Positions 40,201 to 52,170 are shown, counted from the first letter of the whole stretch. The stretch is DNA of 55,051 nucleotides, filler included, from Bipalium vagum (GCA_037834085.1; 3 parts of 3 records of this genome joined end to end with filler, not necessarily neighbours in it); one strand, 5' to 3'. Notes: generated by a model from the sequence alone, not told the origin. Made by a program: numbers and translations.

Positions 40201-42945
40201 GATAAATCTAATATATTTCATCACTTACACATTCGCACTGCAAACATTTGATACTGTTAGAAAGTTTACCCTGAAAAATATCACTGACTATGCTGCGATA
40301 ATCCTTTTCGAAATTTTCAGACGAAGATTTGTGTTTGGAAGAAATTGCTGAAGGAAAATTTAAAAAATCAAATGTACAAGGATGAAAATTACATCAATAA
40401 TAAGACTTACAAATCCGTCTGATTTGAATCGTTTTATCGCCATCCATTTTCTCAACTTATAAATGGAACAAAAAATAATCCATATATAAAATTAAAAATC
40501 AATCGATACACCAACCAGATGTATTGTTTTTTTCCTGAGAATATTTGCTAAAGCTTTTTGTTTCATTGTGCATCTTGTCCATAAATACTCGAAGAAATTC
40601 TTGAGCATCTTGTTGCATATAACCACGAAAAGATGGATACAAGGCCTTAATGGTATGACACACTCCAGTGGGAATAACATAAGACTTTCTAAAGAGAAAT
40701 TAACCAATAACAATTAAATAGTAATATATGTATTAAATCGATCTATATTTATAATCGGAAATATCAATATTAAGATATAGACAAAATTTTTAATAAAGAT
40801 TAATAATGGTTGAAAATTTTGTTTAACTGTCGCATTTGAAGTTTTTTTTCTAAAAATCTAGAAACTTTGGCGTTCATGGAGCCAGTCCACTGAGACCTGT
40901 CAGACCGCTAGCATATCCTCTGACAACACATGCGATTCTGCGGTCTTTGGTACCTTGTGAATCTGGGTCGGATCTTTGAGGTCTGAGTTGTGCTAGGTTT
41001 CTGTTTCTATAAGAGGAATAGAAAATCTTGTTGGCATTGGCACTAGACTTTGGGCTTCCGTAGCGTCATTGTCGGTCGTTGGATCTGACCCGCCAGCCAG
41101 CCAATGGTTGGTCTCGACGTTCTATATCGATTGATGTGCAGGATTGACAGGTATCTCTTGTTCGTCAAACAATGTGACAGTTAAATCAAAATAAATCCCT
41201 ATTTATGAGAAAATAATTTTAAAAAGATTTGATCTGAGAATGAATGAATTAAACTAAATAACTAGTGCTGAGAAGAAAAACCTTGTTAATTTCAAAAATA
41301 TTATATTATTGATTTATTTCTCAATTTCTATTATAAAATAACCAACTGTTTAAAGTCCAGGACATCATTAACCAGGTTCTGGTAATGGCGAGTGAGTATG
41401 CGAGGCTTCTGGTCATAAAAACTCGGGTGAATGGCTTCAAAATATTCAGTGAGTTGGGGACTGGAACCGAAAAGTAATTGATTAGTTGGGAAGAAAAACA
41501 AATATTTCACTCACATATTTAACAGGCACTGTAAAACGGCATTCATATAGCACGTGTTTCCAAGGTTTTTTAATCCCACCAAGCCTTAAAGTAAAAATAG
41601 ACTAATTCGATTTATCAAATTTTTTAATTATTAAAAAATCAATGAACACGAAAATATACAAATGATGACACTGCAAAAAATAATTCTCAATTTAAAAACC
41701 TGATAAACATTAAGATGTTCACTGCTGAAAGCCCTACTTAGAAATACTCAATCAATATTTTGATCTATTTTTTGTGATTTTATATATTCATGGTCAAAAT
41801 GAATCAAAAAAAATAATTTTATTAGAAAATAAAATAACATTTTTTAAAAATGTATGAAATAAATAAAAATTTATTTTATTTTAAATTTCAAGTTTAAGAA
41901 AAAGAAAATTCAATAGTTAACATTTATAACAATTTAATGGTTTTAATATATGTCTAATGATTGTGTAAATGTAACATTATTTAGCCAATTTTGAAGTTGT
42001 AAAATCTGTTAATGTAGAAATAGATTTTTAAAAAATCAAAGATTTTTCTGTATAAATATCTTAAATCTAAAACAATAGTTTTAAAATGGTAGAAATTAGA
42101 TTTTTGATTACAATACAATTAAGTTCTGCATTTGAGTACATAATCATCAAATTACTAGACGAAATTTTTGCAGAAACTAGATATTTCAGAACTTATTTAA
42201 ATTATCTCCAAAACGAGGATTGACAAGCTCAGTATATTTAAATAAAATTTACTTAGTTAAGAAAGGATAAATCAGAATAAATTATGTTTGAATGAAACAT
42301 TTTTTAAAACACACATACCAAGTGAAGATTCATTACCAATAGAATCTATGTTGTTATAACCACTATCTATTGGACCTTTAAGATAACCATTTGAAGTAGA
42401 ATAACTAGATCTTAATGTATAACATAAAAGTTGAGGATCTATTTGAAATGATCTACTTTTCTCCAAATGCCAGCTGAACTTGCTTTTGACATATATTACA
42501 ATATGCTTTGTGATTATAAATATTTATCACAATTGGATGGCCGGTTAACTGAAATAATATTCTCTTAATTCAAATTTGAAATAATCAATAAACAAAAACT
42601 TGAAAATGCTTAGAGCTGTGATCTTTTGATTTATTTCCACAACCAATATAATCACAATTTTCATATAAACACAACCACCGATTGACATTTTTACTATCAC
42701 AAGAATGACAAAAATCAATCTTAATGATTAAGAATTTTACTTATATATTTATTTTAAAAAGGTACCTGTTTTAATAAATCTGTTTCTAAATTATTTACTG
42801 CATGACAATGACTGCATCTATATACATAAAAATTATTAAAAATTAAAAAATTTTGTGGAATTAGTAAAACTTATTAAAACTTATTAATTTTTTTAATTAA
42901 AAAATGAACAATAAATTTATATAAATTCTACCCGTATATATACAT
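34213..42945 (-). CDS. usp20/33: Ubiquitin carboxyl-terminal hydrolase 20/33 family (ZnF-UBP plus N-terminal half of the USP domain); His box and DUSP exons missing
   Basis: 11 phase-consistent exons: 42945-42932 (tentative start), 42817-42766, 42719-42600, 42548-42457, 42410-42319, 41584-41515 ([21 protein letters not shown], Cys box), 41460-41347, 40688-40516 ([29 protein letters not shown]), 40455-40411, 40347-40229 ([16 protein letters not shown]) and 34457-34213 ([19 protein letters not shown]). The ZnF-UBP keeps all 12 Cys/His ligands. Confidence 0.92.
34536..35704 (-). mobile_element. Near full-length, inactivated mariner element (1169 bp)
   Basis: TIRs T(C/T)AGGTT(G/A)AACGTAAAGTTCT(G/T)GCCAA with TA on both flanks. 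ORF 35189-35491 is the HTH region ([26 protein letters not shown]); the catalytic region has deletions and frameshifts. Confidence 0.92.
35990..36920 (-). mobile_element. Tc1/mariner superfamily (maT/rosa-like) transposase relic
   Basis: [10 protein letters not shown]...[23 protein letters not shown], and QQDGATP near 36300. Confidence 0.75.
36960..37800 (-). mobile_element. Decayed mariner transposase
   Basis: HTH-like ORF 37513-37794 ([24 protein letters not shown]) plus downstream VGLHFDG and QQSDLDA relics. Confidence 0.65.
38040..38940 (+). mobile_element. Mutator-like (MULE) element relic
   Basis: About 15-nt subterminal repeats (TTTGGAAA..) at 38040-38200, a FLYWCH-like end (IHNHPED), RILLFG, and [19 protein letters not shown] (MULE first catalytic Asp motif). 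Confidence 0.75.
39060..39350 (+). mobile_element. mariner 3' relic
   Basis: [13 protein letters not shown] (cf. LHDNARPH) followed by a decayed WE/YSP region. Confidence 0.55.
39540..40150 (+). mobile_element. Possible hAT (Buster/SPIN-like) relic
   Basis: QCIIHR* near 39823 and YFIIH*KKLCKKL near 40003 resemble the hAT HCxxHxxxL motif. Heavily decayed. Confidence 0.3.
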
Positions 42946-43339
42946 ATCACTAAAATATTTTAAAATATTAATATCAAAATTAAAGCATATACTTATTTAA
43001 ACAAATCGATTTTTTTGTTAATTTTCAGAAAATATTTTTTATTACGTTTCTTTTTATATTCAAAAACATTATTATATGATTTTCTTATTTTAAAGCTTAT
43101 TAGTACATTTTAGTAATTAATTTGTTCAAAACTTAAAACATTGTATTGTCGGAAACAGAAAATGGTTTTATTTGCTTTATGAAATACTTTGAAATTTTAA
43201 TTTTGATTAGACTCAATTTTTAAATATTTGGTGAGAATATTTAAATTTTATTCATTTGTTTTTCTTTCTTTTTAAAATACTTATTTGATCTTAACATTTA
43301 ATTATTAGATTATTGATTATTATTATTATTTGATATTAG

Positions 43340-43637
43340 TGTGACAATTACGTATAGATATTTATTTAATATTGGCATTTAATTATTTAATTATTAACAT
43401 TTGATTTTCAGTGCGTTAGCATTTGATTTTTCTTTTTGTGTGAAAACACTTGATTACAGACATTTGCTGATTATTTGAACCGTTTCGTTTGTATTGTTAT
43501 TTTAGTAATAAAGTGTTGTTCATAATTGTTTGATTCATTCATTTGCGTACACGTATAGGCTAAGTGAAGTAATTTTGGTCAGTAATTTTGCGAGCTAAGT
43601 GTTATGACAGGGTTCATAGTGAGTTAATATCGTAACA
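43340..43637. mobile_element. Possible solo LTR
   Basis: TGTGAC...GTAACA termini with internal AATAAA; no clear target-site duplication. Confidence 0.25.
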
Positions 43638-44449
43638 CAAGAACAATTTATGGAATTAAAAATAAAAGTGGAAAAGTTTAATAATAAAACTACAATAAAG
43701 CTAGCGTGAAATTTGTATAAGCTAAAGATAAGAAATTTAAGGATTTTATTTTATATTTTTAGAAGATATAATTTATAAAATTTTAATATTTTTAATTTTA
43801 AAATATTTATTTTTAATAAAATTAAAATAATTTTATGCAGGATCTCCATATCAATATGATAATAAAGTTGATAATAATAAAAATAATAATTTAAAATAAT
43901 AGATTCTAAATTTTTAAAAGTAACCAGAGATATTATGAAAAGTATTATAAATATGACTAAAAATAAAATTATAAGTGTTTCAAATCCTATTCATGAATTT
44001 GATGTATTTAATTTAAAATTTTTAATGAAACAGTTTGAAACAATCATTGATAAAGATTAAATAGAACTTAAACACAATCTTGAAACAAAAAAATGAAATA
44101 ATAAGATTGAAAAAATATCTATTTTTGAAAATTAAAAAAAATATTTCATTAGATTTTTTGAAAAAAATTGAATCTGAGTTAAAAGAAACCTTGGGTTATT
44201 TAAATAGAACGTTGACAAAAAATGAAATTAATAGTAATAAAAATATAAAATTGATGAAAAAAAAATCAAATGAATTAAATAAAATAAAACCAGATTTTAA
44301 ATCTTATTATGATGTATAAGGTTATAAAATTTTTTTTCAAAAAATTAACAAAATACTTAGTATTTTTATTGGAAATCATTAGATACAACAAGAATAAAGT
44401 TGGAAATTTTAATTTCAGTAATTTAAATACTATTCAAATTCAGCTGGAC

Positions 44450-46850
44450 TTGCAGTTACTGATTTCTGCCATGTGACGTTCATAGCAAATTCGATCTCTT
44501 TGAGTATGTCAGACCAATCTCTAATTTTTATCTCTTTTTTCTCTTTTCATTACGTCTCATCTTCCGAAACTGTCTCTCAATTTGATCATTCGTGTTGTGG
44601 TGGTAAGGACTTGTAAAGCATGTCTGGAACTGTGCCGTTATCGGTTTTTTGTTTTCAACATCAATGTGATTGCCTTGTGATCCGTTCTCAGTAAGAATTT
44701 CCTGTCGTATAGATAATGATCAAAACGTTTGCAAAAATAAAAAATTGCCAGCAACTCTTTCCGTGTGACACAGTAACCTCTTTCATGGCTATTCAGCGAA
44801 TTTTATCCGTATGCTAGTACTCTTTCCAGCCCATTTTCATCTATTTGTGGCAATACTGGTCCTATTGCTCCAAAACTGGCTTAGCTGTCCTAAATAAATA
44901 TCCGCTGTCGGTTCGGAAAGCTCAGAATAGGAGTTGTTGTGAGTCCTATCTTTAGTTCTTCAAATGCTTCGTCCGTAGTCTGATTCCATTCTAACATTTG
45001 GTATTCATTCCACACATTTTCTCAAACGACCTGGCTTTGACTGCATACTCATTTATAAACTTTCTTTAATAATTACATATTCCTAAAAAGCTGCGTAGTC
45101 TTCTGACTCACTTTGGTTTATTGTATGTTGCGATAGCCTCTATTATTGATTGGTCAGTCTTTACTCCTTCTTTGTTAATTATTAGACTCAGAAATTTGAT
45201 CTCTTCCCTCAAAAATCTACACTTTTATCGGTTTTTTCGTAGACCTGCATCTTTAATTCTGCTTAAAATCCTACGAAGAATTTCATCGTTGGCTTTAATG
45301 GATTCGGAGGCAACTAAGATGTCATCTAAATATACTACCAATCCTTTCATTTCTCCTGTCAATTTGTTCATGATTTCCTGGAATGCATGTAGTGCCGCTG
45401 CAATCCAAAAAGGCATACGGGTAAAACAAAATTTTCCGCTTTTCGTGAAAAAAACTGTTTTTTTAAACGATTCTTTATTCAGGTTAACCTGGTAGTACGC
45501 ATTTCCCAGGTCTATGGAACTGAAATATTTAGCACCTCTCAACTGATTTAATAGTTCATCTACGCTAGGCATGAGGAATGCAGGTTTCTCCGTAATTGCG
45601 TTTAGCTGTCTGAATTCCAAGCTTAATCTGATCTCTCCTTTATCCTTCTTCCATACACAGATCAACGGAATATTCCAAGGTGAATGGAATTTCCTTATTA
45701 TGCCGTTTTCATGCAAATTCTGAACAGCTTCGTTGATTTTAGTTTCAAGATTCATCTGCTGTCTAAAACGTTTGATATTAATTGGTTTACCTTCGGTTAA
45801 AATGTGATGCTTTTTTAGATGAGTGCCGACAATTTCCCATTTATCGACCATAAATGCATCTTCAAACTCATGTATAATTTTCCCTACGGCTGAATCTTCC
45901 TTGGTCCCCAATGTTTTCAGTGCTCTTTGTTTTCTCTCGCCTACCTTTATCGTCCCGCAAAATCTTGCTTCAATCGCACACAGATGTTTTCGGTCATAAT
46001 CCCCCTCATGATGAATTACTTTTCTGCTCTGACTTTGGTAGAAAAAAAAATCGAATTGTTTCTGTAACTCAATACCTCCGATGATATCTGATGTAACCGA
46101 TTTCACCACAATAAATTTGACCTTTGCTCGCCTGTTATTAATTTGTGTTTCAATCTCGACCTTGCCCACCGTCTCTAGTCTGGTATCGTTTGCGCATCTC
46201 AAATTGTCATCACATCTCTCTAATCCCGTTCCTCTCAACTGCATTGCAATCATCTCGCTCATCACGTTGATTCGCGCCCCGGTGTCCAAAAAGCAATCAA
46301 ACGCCTGTCCCTGTAATGTTATTGTAACACTCGGTCTTCCCTGCATCTTCTCATAGTCTATTATATCGTTCTGCCTCTTATCACTTATTGTCACCACGTT
46401 TTCAAACTTTTTTCTATCACAATTCTCATTTAGAAAATGAGATACTTTCCTTGTCGCGTGCTCCTTCATTTTTCTTCTCTCGGCCTCCTGGGGTATCTCA
46501 CTAAACGTGTTTAATTAATGGCCCCCAATATATCCCTGTCTAGCGGAGCCCTGGCATTTGGGTAGCTGTTGGATCATCTGTTTCTATTCCATTTATCCTG
46601 GACATCCGCAATTTTTCTCTGTCGTCTCTTTCTTCTCTTAATCTCCCACCCGCCTTATGGTCCTTCCTGTCATAAGAATTTCTAAAACAATCTGACCTGC
46701 AATATCCGCTTCGTCCCTTGTCTACGAACCTCGCCTCTGAACAATATCGGCTAATGTGCCCGACCTTTTCACAGGCAATAGATCGTGGAGCATATCTTTT
46801 TGGACAATTCATAATCATATGACCAGATTCCCCACATCCTCGGCAATTTA
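44450..46850 (-). mobile_element. Ty3/Gypsy LTR retrotransposon, inactivated (gag knuckle, protease, RT, RNase H, partial integrase)
   Basis: CEKVGHISRYC knuckle (46540-46818); FLDTGA protease and RT with FSSIDLGNAYYQV, RMPF and YLDD (45225-46469); RNase H ERVLAYG..GYCVTRKELLAI near 44740-44880; integrase FTSPYHHNTNDQIERQFR near 44565-44620. Confidence 0.95.
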
Positions 46851-46864
46851 TTTGTCTGAATGTA

Positions 46865-47200
46865 GATCTATCTGTCTGCCATTTGAAAAGATATATATAG
46901 ACATTTGCGGTCTGTTAAAAGAAACTTTTCGAAGGAAACGATACATACTAGCTATTATAAATCAGTATATCAGGTACATTTCATTAACGTTGATAATGAA
47001 GCAAGATGAGGAAACAATCAGAAAAGTAATAATGGAAAAATGGATCTATAAATATGGTGCAACAAAGAAAATTCATGTAGACTGTGGAAAGGTCTTTGAA
47101 TCTAGAGTTTTTAAGACACTAGTCACATAGAGTAACCCGAAACTCTGTTTTTCCAGTCCATATCATCATAACATCAATGGCATAATAGAACGGCAATTTC
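46865..47200 (+). mobile_element. Gypsy integrase core fragment, inverted relative to the adjacent element
   Basis: PFEKIYIDICG..RYILAIINQY..IHVDCGKVFES..FSSPYHHNINGIIERQF, with an in-frame stop at 47128-47130. Confidence 0.88.
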
Positions 47201-47989
47201 TTTTGACGCTTGTTTTAATTCATTAAATAAAGCAGCTTTATTAATATATCAATTAGATTATTAAAAAATTTATTTTTTTACTTATTTAATGTAAGAAAAT
47301 TATACAAAAAATTAAATAAATAATGATGACTATCCTTTAGATGATACTCCCAATTTAAGAAATTTCAGAAATACAGAAAATCAGAAGACAAAGTGAATAT
47401 TAAATTATCCAAAATATAACCAATATTTTAAAATTTCTAAACTAAGATAAAATAAATAAATCAAGATGATACCAGAAAAAACTGGAAACACCAAATCAAT
47501 CATTTTGATCAAATAATAAAATTTGGACAATTGAGATAGTTATTATGAGATCATTTGTATAATTCCAGTAACATTTACAGAAATCTTTAAATGAAAATCA
47601 CGTAATAGTTAAATCTGACTTTGTTTTGTGATAACTAAAATTTTAATCGAAAAAAGAAATATTTTATTTAAAAACATTCATTATCAAAAGTTAAAGTATT
47701 TTAATTTGGGCACGATTCGCGCTTGGAAAAGTAATTCGTAGAAAAAAAAATAGAGCTGCGATAATTATTATTATTTATGTATACCGTAAATATATGTTAA
47801 TTTGGTAAATTTGTCATTGCATAAGGCCAAAGAATTAATTCTAGCAAATACTCCAAGTAATGCATTATAATTCCCCAAGCTGAAATAACTGCTGAAATAA
47901 CCCCGGACATCTAACAATAAATATTAAAAATAAAATATTTAAACAAAAGATATCCTTGGTGGTACATCTACCGAAATTCATCCCTTAAA

Positions 47990-48540
47990 TAACCTTAACA
48001 AATTCCCATTAAAAATTAATGGTCATTGTATAGTGCAATTCTGCTGGGCTGCTTTCTGAAACCTGGGGAAACTTAACAGCTGAAACTATAACTACAACAT
48101 TCTGCCAAGAATTGGAAGAATGAATCAAAAATTAATTATAATTAATCCAGTTTTGGTTAATAGGTGGGGGACAATCAATTACATGATAATGCAAAAGCAC
48201 ACATTGCATAATTAATTGTGAAGAAACTAACTTGAATTTGAAATCGTATCTCATCCTCCATACTCGCCTGACTTATCTCCAACAAATTTTCTTTTATTTA
48301 AATATCTCGGCAGTTTTCTCAAGGATAGGGTGTTATGGGAGCCGGGCGTAATCAAAAATGCTTTTCTGGAGTTCATCTGTAGAAATCATGATTTTTATTC
48401 AAATAAAATAAAGACTTTTTCGCGTTAGCAGAAGTGTGTAGAAGCGAATGGCTTTTTAAATATATCTTTATTATTTGTAAAGTTATTGCCTTTTAAAATT
48501 TTCAAATCGAAATCCAAAATTTTTATGTAACAACATAATA
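47990..48540 (+). mobile_element. mariner 3' relic
   Basis: HDNAKAH, HPPYSPDLSPTNFLLFKYL and *QKCVEANG motifs. Confidence 0.85.
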
Positions 48541-48799
48541 GAATTTATTTAATAAAATATTTTAATTATTATTAAATTTATGTTAAATCTATAATAATTG
48601 TAAAATGTCTTCGAAAATTATTTTATGTTAATCAAAGATAATTTTTAAAATTCATTAGTGAATAATTAATACTTAATTTAGGACCATTTCATTAAACTTA
48701 TTCAAACCTGCATATTTCTCTGAAAATATTCATTAAAATGTAATTAAGTTTCAAATTTAAAATAACTTAAGGACTAAAGTTTTCTAATTTTATAGTGAG

Positions 48800-49926
48800 A
48801 TGAGGTCTTCGAAATTAGTTAGGTATACTTAAATGATTGTTTAAATATATTATAAATACTTAACATATGAATTTATTTGTATAGCTTTATAATGCAATTA
48901 ATTGATTTATTATCTAAATCTGAATTTATCGAATGTAATGAAACAGAATCAATTGCAGACTACCTTCTTAAACAAAGAGTAATTTCCGAACTACAATTTG
49001 AAAAAGTAATAAATGCCATGACAAGAAAAGAAAAAAATAAGTTATTAATAGAATTCCTTCAAGAAAATAGCACAGATGAAAATATAGAAAAGATTAATAT
49101 ATATGGACTATTTATCAATGCTCTTCGTTATGCTGGTTGTCATGTAATTGCTAATATATTGGATGTAGATGATCAACTCTTAGTTTTCAATCAAGATTGT
49201 AATACTCGTCGAAAAGGTCAAGTTAATGTTCATATTCAAGTTAGTGCACTTCAGATTAAAGCCAAAGAACTTCTAAATCGTCAAAACTCGAGTACAAATC
49301 AAAACAGCGATGATAATAACAATATGATTTGGTTAGACAAAAAACAGGTTGGTCCAATTGAGAAGTCGTTGAAGACCAACGAGAATTCCAATGGACTTTC
49401 ATCGCGCAAGCCCAGAAAATCAAAATGTTACTCATTTTTCTTTTGCTGTGCATTCTCGAGAAAAAAGAAACCTATAACGGAGGACGTTGTAGAAAAGTGT
49501 GAATTGGACACAGTCAACAAGGCCAAATCTCAAGTAAATTCCGAAATCGATAAACTCAGACAATTCAAAATCGATATATTGACCGAGAAATCCAAAGCAT
49601 TGTATTCGTATTTGAACTCTTCGAACTCTGTTGAGAAAGAAGCTTTGATCAAATATTTCGAACAAGCTCACAAAATCCTCGTGTTCGAGACGTATTTCGA
49701 TGAAAAATCCATGGTCATCACGGTGATTTGTACGAAAAAAGAAACATTGATTGCGCTGAAAAATTTGCTCCAGTCCGGCCAATTGGAAAAGGACTGTAAC
49801 AACATTCTGTTGTCGAAATCGATTTTTGATATGATGAATGTTAAGAACATAAAGCTTTCGGCGAGTATTTTGTTGGACGAGATCAATACGGCCGCTCTGG
49901 AGTTCGATTCTGTCAAAAGAAAGTAG
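48800..49926 (+). CDS. CARD-domain protein with a C-terminal TRADD-N-like domain
   Basis: Open ORF 48877-49926. Probable small upstream exon 48800-48822 (MRSSKLVS; phase-2 intron 48823-48884). N-terminal IADYLLKQRVISELQFEKV..TRKEKNKLLIEFL..YGLFINALRYAGCHVIANIL fits the CARD pattern. C-terminal SMVITVICTKKETLIALKNLLQSGQLEKDCNNILLSKSIFDMMNVKNIKLSASI fits the invertebrate TRADD-N-like pattern SxxITVxCxSxxxLxxLxxxxxSGxL...LxxxI. That it is a gene is high confidence; the domain names are by eye. Confidence 0.8.
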
Positions 49927-51549
49927 AGCGCGTTTCCATAGCGATTAAAACCGTTCGCCACCACTCATCCGTCATCTTCATCATAATCGTTATCGTTGTA
50001 CATTGATAATTGCCGTGGGTAAAATGAGTGGGTCGGTGGTGTCACGATGTCGTGACAAGAGAGAACAAACCTACCCGTGACAGTGCTTTCAAAACTTTGT
50101 GCAATTAAAATTTTTTTGAAACAGATTTCGCACGACCCCGAGAAATCATGTCAAACGAAAAAAAATCAATACAATCGATGCTTTTATAATTATTTGGTGA
50201 AACGATTCTCTTTTTGTTGTTTTTTTTGATAATTTACACTCAGTCCGAAAATTCTGACCACGACTCAACAACATCCGGCCCGTCGAGTTTCTTTTTGTAT
50301 TATTATTATCATCAATAAAATATGCGTTCTCTTCGTCGTTATCTGCTGTAACTGTGACATTTTTACGATTAGTTGCGTTTTTTATTATTATTATTTGGAT
50401 TTTAGTAATTTATTTGTCGACTTGATTTTCATATTTAGTTGGTTTAGATTTTTTTAATGGATTTTTAGTTCTATTCATAAGCGCCATGAACGGGTTGTTT
50501 TTTTTGGTTTTTTGGTTTCTGAAATGTGACGTGTCATGATAATAATAATATTATTATTAATGATAATAATAATTTATTACGTCTGTGTGAATAAAGTATT
50601 AAGTAATATTTATATTGTAAACTGTATTATTGATTTAATAAATATTTCGTGCGGACTTGAAATCAATATTAAATATTTAAGGTTAAATATTTTTTGTCAA
50701 TTGTGTAGAGAAAGAATTGAAAAAAAAATAAATTGGTATTTGTTACGCAACATTCTTTGGCATTCAGCAGTAGTGTTGAGAAAAATTCTCTTCTGAGTCA
50801 TTTTTATCCTGGACGTGATTTGTCAGAAATACGATCTTCGTCTCGTTAAATTGGTAAGGAAAAATTTCACCTGGTTAATTATTTGCGGTTTGTGTTAGAC
50901 TTAATTTGATCATATCTATCAAATGCAATAATGTGTTTGCAATTTGGTTCATAAGGATAGGTCTTGTGACTAATTTAGTTATGTATATATATATTACATA
51001 ATAACGATTTAATTTTACATTAATTGGTGAACTGAATTATGCAAAATAACAGTTGCACTTTAATTTACTTAAATGAGCGTCGTGAGATTTGTTATTGAAT
51101 GCCTAGTGAAAAATTTTAATGGTTTATCATTACCGATCTGAAATCGTTGTTAGGCATATTGAAAAATTGACGATTGTAAAAAATAAAGTTTAAAAATTCG
51201 TTTTGATAAAGAATAAATTGAAGGAAGATGGTTTCTAAAAAAAATATTGATCATAAATTTTAATTTTTGTCCTCTGTAAAGGTTAAATAATTAATTAACT
51301 TTCCTTTCAAAAATAGATATTTGAACTTTGACAATTTTTCAAGAAATGTAACGAGAATCACGAATTTTATTTAGAATTTGGCAACTAAATTTCATCTCTG
51401 ATTCCAGTAAATATTTCCACGAATTTTTTTATTATTTGCATTTATTTTTAACCGATAAAATTTATGCTAGGACATGGAAATCCTTTTTATGTAATGAAAA
51501 TATTATTTTGCACTTTTTTTCTTTCGACCGTTTTATTTTCTTTCCCTAT

Positions 51550-52170
51550 TGATCCTTGTGTTAATTTGTCCAGAAAATTGTGCTCTACAACAATTTTCAT
51601 TTATCATTATAAAATTCTAGGATAGAATTGCAGAGTAAAATATTGAATAGGTATTGGATTCTCTTTTTCAATGTTATCACATCTGATGAATCTGGTTACT
51701 TCCAAAATTCCTGTTATCGTAGGTAGTTTGATTTCATAATCTGTTGATACCCCTAATTGTTTCTTTCAAATGGAGTTGAAAAATGGAATTAATATTTTTC
51801 CTTCACGTTATATTCTTCCAAGTATACGGAGTATCTCTAATTTTCTTCAGAAACCAAAAGTCTGGTTACTATTTTTCTGTATTTACGATTTGATAACAAG
51901 GTTTAATTGTTTATATTTAGAAGTCAAGATAAACCAAGATTTATATTTATGCATTTTATTAAGTTTTGTTTATCCTTGTCACGCCCTATATCAGTTAGTT
52001 CCTTTCAATTATTTTCGTTTTCTTGGACAATCTATTTGATTTTATATCAATTACGCTTATTTAATTGTCTCTCCCGTTGTTGCGTCTTCATTTCTTGTCT
52101 TCATCATCAGAAGCTCTTGCGTCTTTAGTTATTAAGGCTATTTCTCATAGTTTTTCTGATTCTATCATAA
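51550..52170 (-). mobile_element. Possible non-LTR retrotransposon ORF1 relic
   Basis: LGVSTDYEIKLPTITGILEVTRFIR..PIPIQYFTLQF resembles the pre-knuckle region of LINE ORF1 proteins. Many stops. Confidence 0.3.

Noticed and set aside
45121-46356. Plus-strand ORFs 45121-45495 and 46081-46356
   Set aside because: Antisense shadows of the Gypsy pol frame.
49256-49964. Three antisense ORFs overlapping the CARD gene
   Set aside because: Expected shadows of a coding strand with richer GC3; no recognisable motifs.
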